Origin: Candidatus Limnocylindrales bacterium
GTDB lineage: Bacteria; Chloroflexota; Limnocylindria; Limnocylindrales; CSP1-4
Direction: 5' to 3'
NCBI GenBank assembly: GCA_038230295.1
Contig: JBBRNM010000002.1
Location: 5,725 to 69,724, forward strand
Length of the DNA: 64,000 nucleotides
A program made the translations under genes and the position numbers. The number at the start of each line of letters is the position of its first letter. Position 1 is the first letter of the stretch. The notes beneath the pieces are model-generated. The model ran no database searches. It saw only the letters and a program-made list of their open reading frames with translations, and was not told the DNA's origin. Below, in pieces: positions 63,238 to 64,000 of this stretch.

Positions 63238-64000
63238 TCAGATCGGCTCGAAGCGATAGCGGTCGCGATCCGCGACGAGGCGCCCGACCGGCGTGAGCGG
63301 CTCGTGGCTCAGCACGATCGTCCAGCGATCTCGAGCGGCGCGGGCAAAGAGATCGGTCTTCACGGCCACCGAGTCGAGCGGGAAGTCGTCGAACGCGGTG
63401 ATCCAGCGCGGGTTGGCGCTCCACGGCCGCATCCCCAGGTCGCCGAAGAATGCCAGCGTCTCGCTCCCGGCGCCGCGGACGACGATCGCCTGGTGGCCCT
63501 TCGAGTGCCCGCCCGTTCGGACGACCGAGACGCCCGGCAGCACCTCGACCGCGCCGTCGACCCAGCCGGCCTCGCCCCACTCGCGGACGAGCCGGAGCTC
63601 GAGCTGGTCGTACGACGCGACGATCCGGCTGTTGTCGTCGAAGGCGATCTCCCACTCGGCGCGCTGGGCGACGATCCGTGCCCGCGGAAACGCCTTCGAG
63701 CCGTCCGCCAGGAGGAGCCCGCCGGCATGATCGAAATGGAGGTGGCTCAGCGCCACGACGTCGATCGTGTCCGGCGAGAAGCCCGCCGCGGTCATCGCCG
63801 GGACGACAGGCGAACCTTCGTAGCCACGGATCGCTCGAACCTTGTCGTTGACCCGTTCCCCGATCCCCGTCTCGATGAGCACGCGTCCGGCCGGCGTCTC
63901 CACGACGAGGCAGTTCAACGCCTGGAGCAGACGGTGGTCGTGGTCGATCTCGTCGGCGACGAGCTTGTCCCAGAGGATCCGCGGGACCGGGCCGAACAGC
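63238..64000 (-). CDS. MBL-fold metallo-hydrolase (N-terminus beyond the right window edge)
   Basis: Motifs are ALSHLHFDHAGG (HxHxDH), TGGHSKGH and FGDL. The frame stays open past the listed start (63918) to the window end, reading ..LFGPVPRILWDKLVADEIDHDHRLLQALNCLVV. Confidence 0.8.
   Translation of the reverse strand, partial: LFGPVPRILWDKLVADEIDHDHRLLQALNCLVVETPAGRVLIETGIGERVNDKVRAIRGYEGSPVVPAMTAAGFSPDTIDVVALSHLHFDHAGGLLLADGSKAFPRARIVAQRAEWEIAFDDNSRIVASYDQLELRLVREWGEAGWVDGAVEVLPGVSVVRTGGHSKGHQAIVVRGAGSETLAFFGDLGMRPWSANPRWITAFDDFPLDSVAVKTDLFARAARDRWTIVLSHEPLTPVGRLVADRDRYRFEPI

Overview
This is a high-GC bacterial chromosome segment with strong GC3 bias. I call about 60 protein genes, 2 tRNAs and 1 T-box leader. 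Many long ORFs in the supplied track are antisense or out-of-frame shadows of the real genes, which is normal at this GC content.

Positions 1-50,500 are core housekeeping. They hold rny, recA-recX, tgt, ruvC/A/B, yebC, an EF-G paralog, tyrS, a class A PBP, mutS2, mpg, cvpA, pheST, rplT-rpmI-infC, thrS with a T-box leader, an ArsA/Get3-like ATPase, RNA methyltransferases, a long co-directional operon (SBP, peptidase, two DUF881, DUF951, MFS, asparaginase, amidohydrolase), cysS and ettA. RNase Y, a T-box, and thrS / infC-rpmI-rplT / pheST / cvpA / mutS2 lying in the same order and strand in a high-GC genome suggest a Terrabacteria lineage such as Chloroflexota or a relative. That placement is inference only.

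Positions 50,500-61,400 look accessory. They hold vapBC, a GNAT, an isochorismatase-family hydrolase and an 8-gene cyclic-amide (hydantoinase-type) catabolic/transport operon. The region is bounded by an intact tRNA-Arg(CCT) and two direct ~124-nt repeats that begin with the last 26 nt of that tRNA. No integrase is present.

The most unusual item is a two-gene module at 27.7-29.3 kb. It pairs a secreted DUF3494 (ice-binding-like) protein, which carries a C-terminal sorting-signal-like tail but no LPXTG, with a sortase-like lipoprotein whose TLxTC cysteine position reads Ser.

Other observations:
- mpg has no canonical start codon.
- infC probably starts at ATC and carries a 95-aa Ala/Pro tail.
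- TyrRS and CysRS carry low-complexity insertions.
- A flavoprotein gene is decayed.
- Several short tandem repeats occur.

All homology calls rest on motif recognition by eye. No database searches were run.
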